In this document: piece after piece, positions 12,454-20,501 of the stretch
Position numbering within the stretch: position 1 is the first letter of the stretch
How the letters are laid out: every line of letters begins with the position of its first letter
Position numbers and translations under genes: made by a program
Notes under the pieces: model-generated
The model's input: only the letters and a program-made list of their open reading frames with translations
Database searches by the model: none
What the model was told of the DNA's origin: nothing
DNA from: Clostridia bacterium
Lineage (GTDB): Bacteria > Bacillota > Clostridia > Oscillospirales > CAG-272
Direction of reading: 5' to 3'
Length of the DNA stretch: 64,000 bases
NCBI GenBank assembly: GCA_017625935.1
Contig: JAGALA010000034.1
Coordinates: 18,593-82,592, forward strand

Positions 12454-13607
12454 CAGTGTGTCATTCTCATTGGCATAATGAAGTAAGTAAATTTGCCCTC
12501 ATCGGTATTCTGCGGCTCGATAAGAACACCCGTCAACGGGTTAACAAAGCTCAATTTTGCCTTGCCGTTGTCGCAAACCTTTAATGCATCAAGGAAGAAC
12601 TTGCAGTTAAATGCAATAACAAGCTCGTCCCCCTTTATTTTTTCAATTTGGATTTCGTCATACACGTTTCCGTTTGAGGAAAGCGTTGAGATCGAAAGCA
12701 CCTCGTCTATTGTGAACTTAACGTAAGGACGGAGCGTGCCTGCTAAGTTATCCTCGATAATAAGCGCGGATCTTTCAAATGCACCTCTTAATTCCTCACA
12801 GCTTAAGTAAAATTCTATATTTGACTGCTTTGGCATAATTCTTTCGTAATCGATATAAGCCGATTCGATTTTCTTTGAGAAAAGCACGTACTTGCCAACC
12901 TTGAAAATAAGCTGACGGTTTGCAACTCTTATTTCCATTGTTTCCTCAGTATCCTTAACAAGCTTTAAAAGCTCAACTAAGGTTTTGCCGGGAACGATAA
13001 AAAGAATATAAAGCGGCGCCTTGGAGTCGTTTGCGTTTTCAAGTTCCGCCTCGTATTCAAGATGAGCCAAACGGTTACCGTCGCAGGAAACGACAGTCAT
13101 TTTTTTATCTCTTATCTCAAAGTAAGCGCCGTTGAAAACAGGACGAGTGTCGTTTTGACCTATCGCAAACAAAATCTTATTTACAAATTTTCTGAAAAGG
13201 TACTGCGGGATTTTGAAGCCGCGGTCAGCACGAAGCTCGGGAAGTGTCGGAAACTCTGAAGCGGAAAGCGCCTTGAAATCAAAGTGTGAAAGACCGTTTT
13301 CGGATTCTATAACGGTGCGAAGTGAGGTGTCAACCGAAATTTTGATAGGTCCCTTCGGCATTGTTCTTATAATCTGAAGGAGCTTGTTTGCATTAATGAT
13401 GCATTTACCTCTTTCAATAACCTGACATTCAAGCTGCGTTCTCGTACCCTTTTCAAGGTCGTATGAGGTGAGCGTACAAATATTTTCCTCTTGATTACAT
13501 TCAATCAAAATACCCTCAATGCAAGCCATTGTGTTCTTGCCCGAAACGGTATTCATAATAGGACCTATGGATGAAAGAAGTGTGTCCTTATCGAAAATAG
13601 CGATCAT
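12453..13607 (-). CDS. dnaN: DNA polymerase III beta sliding clamp
   Basis: A three-domain clamp-sized protein downstream of dnaA. The start was chosen at the ATG at 13607 (MIAIFDKD), which has a GGAAGGA RBS. The TTG at 13622 is less likely. Confidence 0.92.
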   Translation of the reverse strand: MIAIFDKDTLLSSIGPIMNTVSGKNTMACIEGILIECNQEENICTLTSYDLEKGTRTQLECQVIERGKCIINANKLLQIIRTMPKGPIKISVDTSLRTVIESENGLSHFDFKALSASEFPTLPELRADRGFKIPQYLFRKFVNKILFAIGQNDTRPVFNGAYFEIRDKKMTVVSCDGNRLAHLEYEAELENANDSKAPLYILFIVPGKTLVELLKLVKDTEETMEIRVANRQLIFKVGKYVLFSKKIESAYIDYERIMPKQSNIEFYLSCEELRGAFERSALIIEDNLAGTLRPYVKFTIDEVLSISTLSSNGNVYDEIQIEKIKGDELVIAFNCKFFLDALKVCDNGKAKLSFVNPLTGVLIEPQNTDEGKFTYFIMPMRMTH

Positions 13608-13622
13608 TTTTAATCCTTCCAA

Positions 13623-13948
13623 AAATCCACAAAGACAAGTGGATTTTTTCTTTTATTTTTCTTTTATTTTATTATTTATTTATATATGTAGTAGTTGTAG
13701 TAGTAGGGGGTAGTTTATATGTTGAAAATCCTTTGAAAGCCAATAAATATAGCAAATTTTTCTAAAAATTATAAACAGTTGAGTGTTGAAAAGTGTTGAC
13801 AATTTTTGTTTTGACTTTTGAAAAATTTTGCCTAAAAATACCAAAACTTAGAAACAAACTGTCCACCGTTGAAATTTTACCTGTTCAAAACTACCGCGTG
13901 CCCTTGATTTACAAGGCTTTTTTCGGATGTTGACAAATTGTGGAAAAG
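13623..13948. other. oriC, dnaA-dnaN part (unwinding module)
   Basis: An AT-rich tract lies at 13648-13688. TAG trinucleotide repeats lie at 13689-13706, followed by GGGGG. Several DnaA-box-like 9-mers are present: tgttgaaaa, tgttgacaa and tgtggaaaa (the reverse complement of TTTTCCACA). Confidence 0.75.
13689..13706. repeat. DnaA-trio-like element (TAG TAG TTG TAG TAG TAG) followed by a GC cluster
   Basis: This is read directly from the sequence. It sits between the AT-rich tract and the box-like sites, which is the arrangement described for the Bacillus-type basal unwinding system. Confidence 0.65.
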
Positions 13949-15334
13949 TTATGTAGATGAAATTTCTCTTATTATACTGTTAATCTCGTATTTGAAGGAA
14001 GAATCGTTCTCCATCGTTTCCTTAACAAAGTTTTCACTTGAAATAACGGTTGTGCGGTCACGGTTTATCGCCTTGCCTATTTGTGATTGAGATAGGTTTG
14101 TGCATTGGCGCGCAACGTAAACGCAAATATGTCTTGGAATTGCAATTTCCTTGTTTCTCTTCGTTGACAAAATATCGTCACGCGAGATACCGAACTTTTT
14201 GGAAACCGCCAAAATGATATCGTCCATCTTCTTTTGATCGGAGTCCTTCTTCGGCACAAACTCGTTAATCGAGCTTTTTACCCTTTCCATGCTGATGTCC
14301 CCACCCTCAAGGAGCTGAATTGCACCGAGCTTTTTGATAACTCCCTCAAGCTGTCTTATCGACGAGGTCACGTTTTCTGCAAGATAGCTTATGATGTCAC
14401 TTGAAATCTGAAGGTGATTTAGGAGTGCCTTTTGCTGTAAAATCGCACATCTTAAATCATAGTCGGGGAGCTGAATATCAACGATAAGACCTGCCATAAA
14501 TCTTGTACGAAGGCGATCCTCAAGCGATCTCATTTCGTGCGGGGGACGGTCAGAGGTGAAAATCATTTGCTTGTTTGCGTCGTAAATTGCATTGAAGGTG
14601 TTGAAAAACTCCTCCTGAAGTGATTCCTTACCTGCAACGAAGTGAATATCGTCGATAAGCAAAACATCCGCATCTCTGTACTTATTTTTGAATTCGTCCG
14701 TTGAGTGCTTTCTTATTGCAGTAAAGAGCTGATTTGCAAATTCCTCACCCTTTACGTAAACGATTTTCTTGTTTGGATAGCCAGCTAAAATTCTGTTTAC
14801 GATAGCGTAAAGCAAGTGCGTTTTGCCGACACCGCTCGGACCGTAAATAAAGAGTGGGTTATAGTCCTTTTTGCTAAAGCCGTCAAAGTTCTGACTTGCA
14901 ACCGCAACCGCCGCTGAGTTTGCAAACTTGTTTGAAGCACCGACAACGAAGTTTTCAAAGGTATATTCCGAGCGGAAGCTGTCTTGTGCGCTCGGCACAG
15001 GTGTCACTGTTGATGCTACACTGCTTTGTATAGGTGATGGCTGCATCTCCTTTAAAGAGAGGTCAACCTCGCCGTGCTCGGATGAATAAATAACAACGGA
15101 TGGCTCAAAGCCCAAAATTTCATTTAGCTTGTCCGCCATTGAGATAGCAAAGCGCTGCTGAATAATTTTCTTTTTTAAGTCAGTCGGGGAAACGAAAATT
15201 GCCTCGTTTTCATCAAGAGATGCAAGCTTAAGGTCGCCAAACCATAAATTCACCGCAGTTGACGAGTTGTCCTGAAGCATCATTTCAACAAGCATTGAGC
15301 GAATGCTTTCAAGGTCAAGAGAATTAAAATTCAT
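13949..15334 (-). CDS. dnaA: Chromosomal replication initiator DnaA
   Basis: The AAA+ Walker A motif is GPSGVGKTH and the C-terminal DnaA-box-binding domain is present. The start was chosen at MNFNSLD (ATG at 15334), which is preceded by AAAGGAG. Confidence 0.96.
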   Translation of the reverse strand: MNFNSLDLESIRSMLVEMMLQDNSSTAVNLWFGDLKLASLDENEAIFVSPTDLKKKIIQQRFAISMADKLNEILGFEPSVVIYSSEHGEVDLSLKEMQPSPIQSSVASTVTPVPSAQDSFRSEYTFENFVVGASNKFANSAAVAVASQNFDGFSKKDYNPLFIYGPSGVGKTHLLYAIVNRILAGYPNKKIVYVKGEEFANQLFTAIRKHSTDEFKNKYRDADVLLIDDIHFVAGKESLQEEFFNTFNAIYDANKQMIFTSDRPPHEMRSLEDRLRTRFMAGLIVDIQLPDYDLRCAILQQKALLNHLQISSDIISYLAENVTSSIRQLEGVIKKLGAIQLLEGGDISMERVKSSINEFVPKKDSDQKKMDDIILAVSKKFGISRDDILSTKRNKEIAIPRHICVYVARQCTNLSQSQIGKAINRDRTTVISSENFVKETMENDSSFKYEINSIIREISST

Positions 15335-15620
15335 TAAAGCTCCTTTCACACTCACACGCGCACGTATAGCGCACGCGCGAGAAATTAAAAGCGCAAAAAT
15401 CGTGAAAAATTGCGCCTAATATAATTATAGATATAAATATAGTTATATATAGTATAACATAGGTGTGGAAAACTGTCAAGAAAATTTGAAAAATTTCTTC
15501 TTTATTATATATATTTTTCAACAGTACTCGTGGAAAAGGTTGAAAAATATTCATTTTTTGAATGAATTGTTCAGAAAAAATGAATAGAATTTCGTTCATA
15601 AATTGTGTATTTTGGTACAT
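15335..15620. other. oriC, upstream-of-dnaA part, plus the dnaA promoter region
   Basis: Box-like sites are tgtggaaaa (15464-15472), cgtggaaaa and tttttcaaca. The region is very AT-rich (ataattatagatataaatatagttatatatag). Confidence 0.65.
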
Positions 15621-15677
15621 TAAAAAAATAAAAAAAGAGCAAAATTTAACACTAATTTAACATTAAATTCTGCTCTT
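15621..15677 (-). terminator. Rho-independent terminator (minus strand)
   Basis: The stem is aagagcaaaattt / aaattctgctctt. On the minus strand it is followed by a long U-run (plus strand aaaaaaataaaaaaa). It lies downstream of the 15909-17192 gene and of the hairpin array. Confidence 0.7.
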
Positions 15678-15691
15678 ATTAGATTTTTGAC

Positions 15692-15900
15692 ACGCAATGC
15701 TTGCTCAAAATGACGAAGTAAATTCATGTCTAAAAGACAATTCATGTTGCACCGCAACAATTCATGGCAAAGTCAATTCATGCAACACGTTGCAATTCAT
15801 GTGCTTAGAGCACAATTTATGAAGCCCCGCTTCAATTTATGACGTTAGTCAATTCATGTTTCATATAAACAATTCATGACCGCAGGTCAATTCATTCAAC
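15692..15900. repeat. Mini-hairpin tandem array A (about 10 units, linker CAATTCATG / CAATTTATG)
   Basis: CAATT[C/T]ATG starts at 15738, 15758, 15774, 15793, 15813, 15833, 15850, 15870 and 15888, with aattcatg at 15721. The spacers are short palindromes, for example ttgcaccgcaa, caacacgttg, aagccccgctt, accgcaggt. Confidence 0.9.
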
Positions 15901-15908
15901 TCCGCTGA

Positions 15909-17192
15909 CTACTTTCCAAGCATAATTTTTATAATTTCCTTATCGGTTCCGCTCATTCCGACAGAGGCAAGGCGTCCGACGTTTTTGATTGTTTTTTCAA
16001 CGCCCTTTGTTACAATTCCCTCGCCTGAGTAGAATTGGTGGCCGCTTTTCGCCATCTCGTAGCCCATTATACCAGCTTCAACCGCCATTGAAATTTTAGC
16101 CGCGCACGAGGATTTTGCGCCGTCGCAAATAGTGCCCGATAAAATTGCAACCGCATTGACAAGAGTGTGTGAAATTTCGTAGTATCTGCCGCCGTGAAGA
16201 TAGCAAATGCCACAGCCCGCGCCAACACCTGCCGAAATAGCGCCGCAATATGCGGAAAGACAGCCGATGCCTGTTTTTTGGTGGATTGTAATTAAGTCTG
16301 AAACGATAAGTGCACGCAAAAGCTCCTCTTTTGTAGAGCCGAGCTTCTCGGCATATACGCAAAGCGGAACCGATGCGGTAATTCCCTGGTTGCCGCTGCC
16401 CGAAATTATACAAACGGGAAGCTCACAGCCGTTCATACGTGCGTCCGAGCCTGATGCCGCTAAGGCACGCGCCAAAACGCGCACGTCGTCACCCCTACTA
16501 AGATATAGTGTGCGGCCGATTGATGCGCCAAAATCGCCTGAAATTCCCTCTTTTGCTATTGCCATGTTGTATTCGATTTGCTTTTCCAAAATAGGTGAAA
16601 GCTCGTCAAGGTTGACAGTTTCTGCAAACTCTAAAATTTCCTCTACGTTAAGTGAGGAGCGGTCGGTTGCTTCCTTCTCAACAATATCGTCGGGAGACTG
16701 ATATCTTAGTGTTACGTCCTCTCCGTTTAAGCATGCCTCGACTAAATTTGTGTGGCGCTTAAGAAGATGCGCGCTTGCACTTTGACTGCCTAAAAAGCCC
16801 TCAATGTAAATTTCAAACGGGCTCGATGAATCAATTTCATATATTTCAATGCTTGCACTATTCTGAAAATCGCGTATTTTAGACACGTCCTCGGGTAAAA
16901 TTTCCGAAAGAACCTCTAATTTTTTGTGTGGGGACGCTGAAATAATACCTGCGCAAACGGCAGAATTAATACCGTGCATACCGCCTGTTTTTGGCACAAT
17001 AACGCTTTTTACGTTCTTTATTATGTTTCCGCTAAGTCCTATTTTTATCTCATTCGGATAAGCACCGAGCGCGTGAGAAATTATAGACGCGGCATACGCT
17101 ATCGCAATAGGCTCGGTACAGCCCATAGCGGGGATTAATTCCTCTTTCAGTATATTTGTATAGGCAGCTGCTTTTTCTTTTGTTAAAGCCAT
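15909..17192 (-). CDS. UPF0597 family protein (L-cysteine desulfidase / YhaM-like)
   Basis: The protein is 427 aa. The N-terminal MGCTEPIAIAYAA motif and the Gly/Ala-rich C-terminal half are typical of the serine-dehydratase-alpha-like UPF0597 family. Confidence 0.7.
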   Translation of the reverse strand: MALTKEKAAAYTNILKEELIPAMGCTEPIAIAYAASIISHALGAYPNEIKIGLSGNIIKNVKSVIVPKTGGMHGINSAVCAGIISASPHKKLEVLSEILPEDVSKIRDFQNSASIEIYEIDSSSPFEIYIEGFLGSQSASAHLLKRHTNLVEACLNGEDVTLRYQSPDDIVEKEATDRSSLNVEEILEFAETVNLDELSPILEKQIEYNMAIAKEGISGDFGASIGRTLYLSRGDDVRVLARALAASGSDARMNGCELPVCIISGSGNQGITASVPLCVYAEKLGSTKEELLRALIVSDLITIHQKTGIGCLSAYCGAISAGVGAGCGICYLHGGRYYEISHTLVNAVAILSGTICDGAKSSCAAKISMAVEAGIMGYEMAKSGHQFYSGEGIVTKGVEKTIKNVGRLASVGMSGTDKEIIKIMLGK

Positions 17193-17291
17193 ATTTTTTC
17201 CTTTTTAACCAGCTTTGTCAGTTGATTTTATAAATAATTTTTTGAAAAACAGACACAGGGTGCCTTTTTTTATAATTTTGGACAATAATTA

Positions 17292-18530
17292 TTAAATGTT
17301 CTTTCCGTCAACAGTTACGTTCTTAGCTCCGTCTGTATAAAGAAGATCGCCTGTTTTAAACGGTGCTTCAAAAATATCGGGCACGTTTGGCTGAATATCC
17401 ATTTTGCCGTAGTAATATGGATGCGTGTCGCCCTTTTCATACTTAAACGAGCAATTCTCTATCTTAACTCCGTCAAGGTTTTCTCCGTCACCGACAACTA
17501 TTGATGGGTTTTCCTCGACAAACGAGCAATTCTTGATTTCAATGTTTTTAATTTGACCCGTGGTATTCTTGGCGCAGATAACAAAGCCCTCGCCCTTTCC
17601 CCACCACCAGCCGGCGTGAATTTGAGTTTTAGCTCTTACGTTTTCAATTTTGATGTTTTCAACCACTCCGTTGTCGCCTGTAAAGATTGAAATTGCGCGG
17701 TTAGAGGGTAAAATTTCAATGTTTTTAATTGTCGCGTTTCTAACCTTGCTGTAAAGGTGACCGAAGCGAATTGCAGCCGAGCGCGAGGACATAAGACAGT
17801 TTGAAATTTCCATATTTTCGCACACTCCCTCGGTGTTTGTGATGCACGTTGCCGCAAAGCAATCGTCACCGCAGAGGAATGTTGAGTCACGCACAACGAT
17901 GTTTCTCGATGCTGAAAAATGAACGCCGTCATTGTTTGCAATACGGTTGTGGTTGTCAACGTAGCAGCGCTCAAAAACGATATTCTCACAGTTTGAGAAT
18001 GTAAAGGTCCAGCAAGGGGAGTTGAAAATTTGAAGGTCGTGAATATGTATATTTTTGCAGTTGTTAAAGAAAATAGGCTGAGTCGGACGAGCAATTTTTT
18101 CGTCAGGTCCGATAACCGTTTGCTCCTCATATTTCAGGGTCAAATTTTCATCGCGCATAAATTCGGGCGAGCCGCAGGTGAAGTTTGCAAACGCATCACC
18201 GCTTAAAATAATCTTACCTCCGCCGTACATTTCAATGTTGTCCGAGTCAAGCGCGTATATGAGCGAAATTGTCTTTACCATTTCGTTATGATAAAATTCA
18301 TTAACGTAGTAGTGATTTAAGTTACGTGAGCCGCAAAGCTCCGTACCCTTTTCAATATAAACCTTAATGTCGCCCTTTAATCTGAGTGTGCCCGAGAGAA
18401 AAATTCCCTTGCCGTCAAAAACAAGCGTATCGCCCGCCTCACACGCGTTAATTGCATTTTGAATAGCTACCGTGTCAAGCGTAGCACCGTCACCAATTGC
18501 ACCGAAATCTCTTACGTTTACGTTTTTCAT
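17292..18530 (-). CDS. Glycoside hydrolase family 28 (polygalacturonase-like, right-handed beta-helix)
   Basis: The N-terminus is VRDFGAIGDGATLDT. The GH28 catalytic motifs NNDGVHF, GDDCFA and RFGH are present. Confidence 0.8.
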   Translation of the reverse strand: MKNVNVRDFGAIGDGATLDTVAIQNAINACEAGDTLVFDGKGIFLSGTLRLKGDIKVYIEKGTELCGSRNLNHYYVNEFYHNEMVKTISLIYALDSDNIEMYGGGKIILSGDAFANFTCGSPEFMRDENLTLKYEEQTVIGPDEKIARPTQPIFFNNCKNIHIHDLQIFNSPCWTFTFSNCENIVFERCYVDNHNRIANNDGVHFSASRNIVVRDSTFLCGDDCFAATCITNTEGVCENMEISNCLMSSRSAAIRFGHLYSKVRNATIKNIEILPSNRAISIFTGDNGVVENIKIENVRAKTQIHAGWWWGKGEGFVICAKNTTGQIKNIEIKNCSFVEENPSIVVGDGENLDGVKIENCSFKYEKGDTHPYYYGKMDIQPNVPDIFEAPFKTGDLLYTDGAKNVTVDGKNI

Positions 18531-18555
18531 AATTATCTCCGTTAAATAAAATTTG

Positions 18556-19164
18556 TTAAATTAAATCTTCAGTTTTATATGATTTATAGCCCTCATAAAA
18601 ATAGCTGTTGTCAATGATCTTCATAAATATCTCGCGGTCATTTATCTTATCTGTCAATGCATTTTTGATTACGTGCTTAATTTCAATGTCGCGCACAGGG
18701 CTTCTTTCCATTGCCAAAAGGTAGTCCTCCTTGTCAACAAGAGACCAGTCAACAACGTAGCCAAGCTCCTTTTTGAGCATTAAATCAAGCCAAATGCGTG
18801 TGCTTCTGCCGTTACCCTCACGAAAAGGATGAGCAATGTTCATTTCAACGTATTTTTCAATGATTTCATCGAAGCTTGACTGCTTCATTTTGTCGATATT
18901 TTTCAATGATTCATTAAGATACATAAGCGGTGCAAAGCGAAAATTGCCTTTTGAAATATTCACCTTGCGAATTTCGCCTGCAAAACCGTAAATATCGCTA
19001 AAAAGATATTTGTGAATTTTAGACAAGGAGTCAAACGTGCCGCTTTCGAGCTTATCTAAAAAACCGCTTTCGTAAATCTCAAGCGCACGCTTTTTGGTTA
19101 TTTTTTCTTCAACATCTGCAAGCTCCGCCGAGCTTTCAATACCTAATTTATTTTCAAGCGCCAT
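18556..19164 (-). CDS. fic: Fic-family protein (adenylyltransferase type, class III-like)
   Basis: The Fic motif is HPFREGNGRSTR. The C-terminal SYFYEG matches the (S/T)xxxE(G/N) autoinhibitory motif. Confidence 0.85.
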   Translation of the reverse strand: MALENKLGIESSAELADVEEKITKKRALEIYESGFLDKLESGTFDSLSKIHKYLFSDIYGFAGEIRKVNISKGNFRFAPLMYLNESLKNIDKMKQSSFDEIIEKYVEMNIAHPFREGNGRSTRIWLDLMLKKELGYVVDWSLVDKEDYLLAMERSPVRDIEIKHVIKNALTDKINDREIFMKIIDNSYFYEGYKSYKTEDLI

Positions 19165-19261
19165 AATTTTGCCTCCCCATCACATAATTATCTAATTTAT
19201 ATTATATCATTAAATAATATAAAAAGCAAGAAAAAACCGAGGTAAAAGCCTCGGTATTAAA

Positions 19262-19657
19262 TTATTTATGTTTTTGATTTGGTATTTTATTCCCGTTTTC
19301 ATCAAAGTTTTTCTTTAACATTATTTCCGTTGGAATAACGGGTACTATCATAGGAATAAATTCTAAAAATGTTAAAACAAGTCCTACGTAACTGATAACC
19401 GTCGTACTTTCATTTATAAGAAATAACATCGGGATAGAAAAAATGGGTAAAGAAACTAAACCTAAAATAAGCCAAAGCTTGCCAAAAAGCTTGTGAGAAT
19501 ATTCCCACGTTTCCTTGCTTGCCATTGATTTTTCGGTTCTGTAACCCGAAAATGTATTAATATTTTTCGGCGGATTTTTAATATAAATTGCTCCAAAAAT
19601 AATCATAGAAAGTGGAATTAAAAGAACCATTATAAGCATATAAATCCAAAATCCCAT
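19262..19657 (-). CDS. SdpI/YhfL-family membrane protein
   Basis: The protein has 4 TM helices and the motif GYRTEKSMASKETWEYSHKLFGKLW. The start was chosen at the ATG at 19657 (MGFWIYM), which has an AGAGGTGA RBS. Confidence 0.65.
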   Translation of the reverse strand: MGFWIYMLIMVLLIPLSMIIFGAIYIKNPPKNINTFSGYRTEKSMASKETWEYSHKLFGKLWLILGLVSLPIFSIPMLFLINESTTVISYVGLVLTFLEFIPMIVPVIPTEIMLKKNFDENGNKIPNQKHK

Positions 19658-19786
19658 AAAATCACCTCTTAATGATATTATAATATATCTATTTACCAAA
19701 ATCAACATATTTATAAAATTGGTAAATAAAGAACACCTTTCTGCACAAGGCACGCCACAAGTGTTTCCATTGGTGAAATCATTATA

Positions 19787-20008
19787 TTATTTGTCAAGCT
19801 TTTTTGGCACATCAATAATTCCTGCCAAATAATCAAGTGAAACGTTATAAAACTGTGCGAGGATAATTGCACGGCTGAACGGAAGCTCTCTTTTTCCACT
19901 TTCATATGTGCTGTAATATTGATATGTCGTATTTAACACCTCTGCGACTTGTGCTTGTGTTAGGTCTCTGTCTTCTCTTAAATTTCTTAATCTTTTATTG
20001 TAGTTCAT
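19787..20008 (-). CDS. XRE-family helix-turn-helix regulator (cassette 1)
   Basis: The protein is 73 aa. The HTH_3-type core is LTQAQVAEVLNTTYQYYSTYESGKRELP. It is a paralog of the protein at 34000-34227. Confidence 0.85.
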   Translation of the reverse strand: MNYNKRLRNLREDRDLTQAQVAEVLNTTYQYYSTYESGKRELPFSRAIILAQFYNVSLDYLAGIIDVPKKLDK

Positions 20009-20150
20009 ATAATCACCTCATAAGAATATTACCACATATGATTAGTCAATAATTAAAAATTAATCACAAGTGATTAAAAAATACTTGACAAAAATGAAAA
20101 TGATATATATACTATTATTAATCATATATGGTTAAAAAGAGGTGAAAAAT

Positions 20151-20417
20151 ATGAAAAAAATTATTGAAAATCTATGGTACGGAAATATAGATCCGTGTGG
20201 TGATTATGTAAAAAATACAGATGAATTAAATGAGTTAAGAAAAAAACGTACTGATTTATACGAAAAGCTGTTAGCGGTATTAAATGAAAAAGAGAAAAAG
20301 CTACTTGATGAATACGAAGAATGTAATATCGAGATATTTGCAATACACGAAAAGGAATTATTTGAATATTCCTTTAGCTTAGGGTTTAACCTTGCAATAG
20401 AAATACTAACGAAATAA
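20151..20417 (+). CDS. Small helical protein partnered with the XRE regulator (cassette 1)
   Basis: The protein is 88 aa, starts with LWYGNIDP and is divergent from the XRE gene. The RBS is aagaggtga. It is a paralog of 34337-34606, with a shared ...E.EECxIE...F..G...A pattern. Confidence 0.65.
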   Translation: MKKIIENLWYGNIDPCGDYVKNTDELNELRKKRTDLYEKLLAVLNEKEKKLLDEYEECNIEIFAIHEKELFEYSFSLGFNLAIEILTK

Positions 20418-20421
20418 AAAG

Positions 20422-20455
20422 CCTTCCCCTTTGCTTGGAGGGGAAGGTGGATTTT
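20422..20455 (+). terminator. Stem-loop terminator
   Basis: The stem ccttcccct / aggggaagg is followed by a short T-rich tract. Confidence 0.55.
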
Positions 20456-20501
20456 ACGAAGTAAAAGACGGATGAGGTGTAGCCTTTATAAAAATGAATT
20501 T

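Noticed and set aside
15324-15620. A 98-aa minus-strand ORF upstream of dnaA.
   Set aside because: It lies in the AT-rich oriC and promoter region, has an Ile/Phe/Asn-rich composition typical of AT-rich noise, and overlaps the DnaA-box cluster.
15692-15900. Could the repeat arrays (here and at 22396, 26437 and 36821) be CRISPR arrays?
   Set aside because: The repeats are only 7-10 nt and the spacers 7-14 nt, far below CRISPR dimensions. The spacers are themselves palindromic, and no cas genes or leader are present.
20452-20465. acgaagtaaaagac here against acgaagtaaattcatgtctaaaagac at 15713-15738, read as evidence for insertion of one array unit with a target duplication.
   Set aside because: A single match of 14 nt found by eye is within what chance can give in 64 kb on both strands. 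It is kept only as an idea to test genome-wide.
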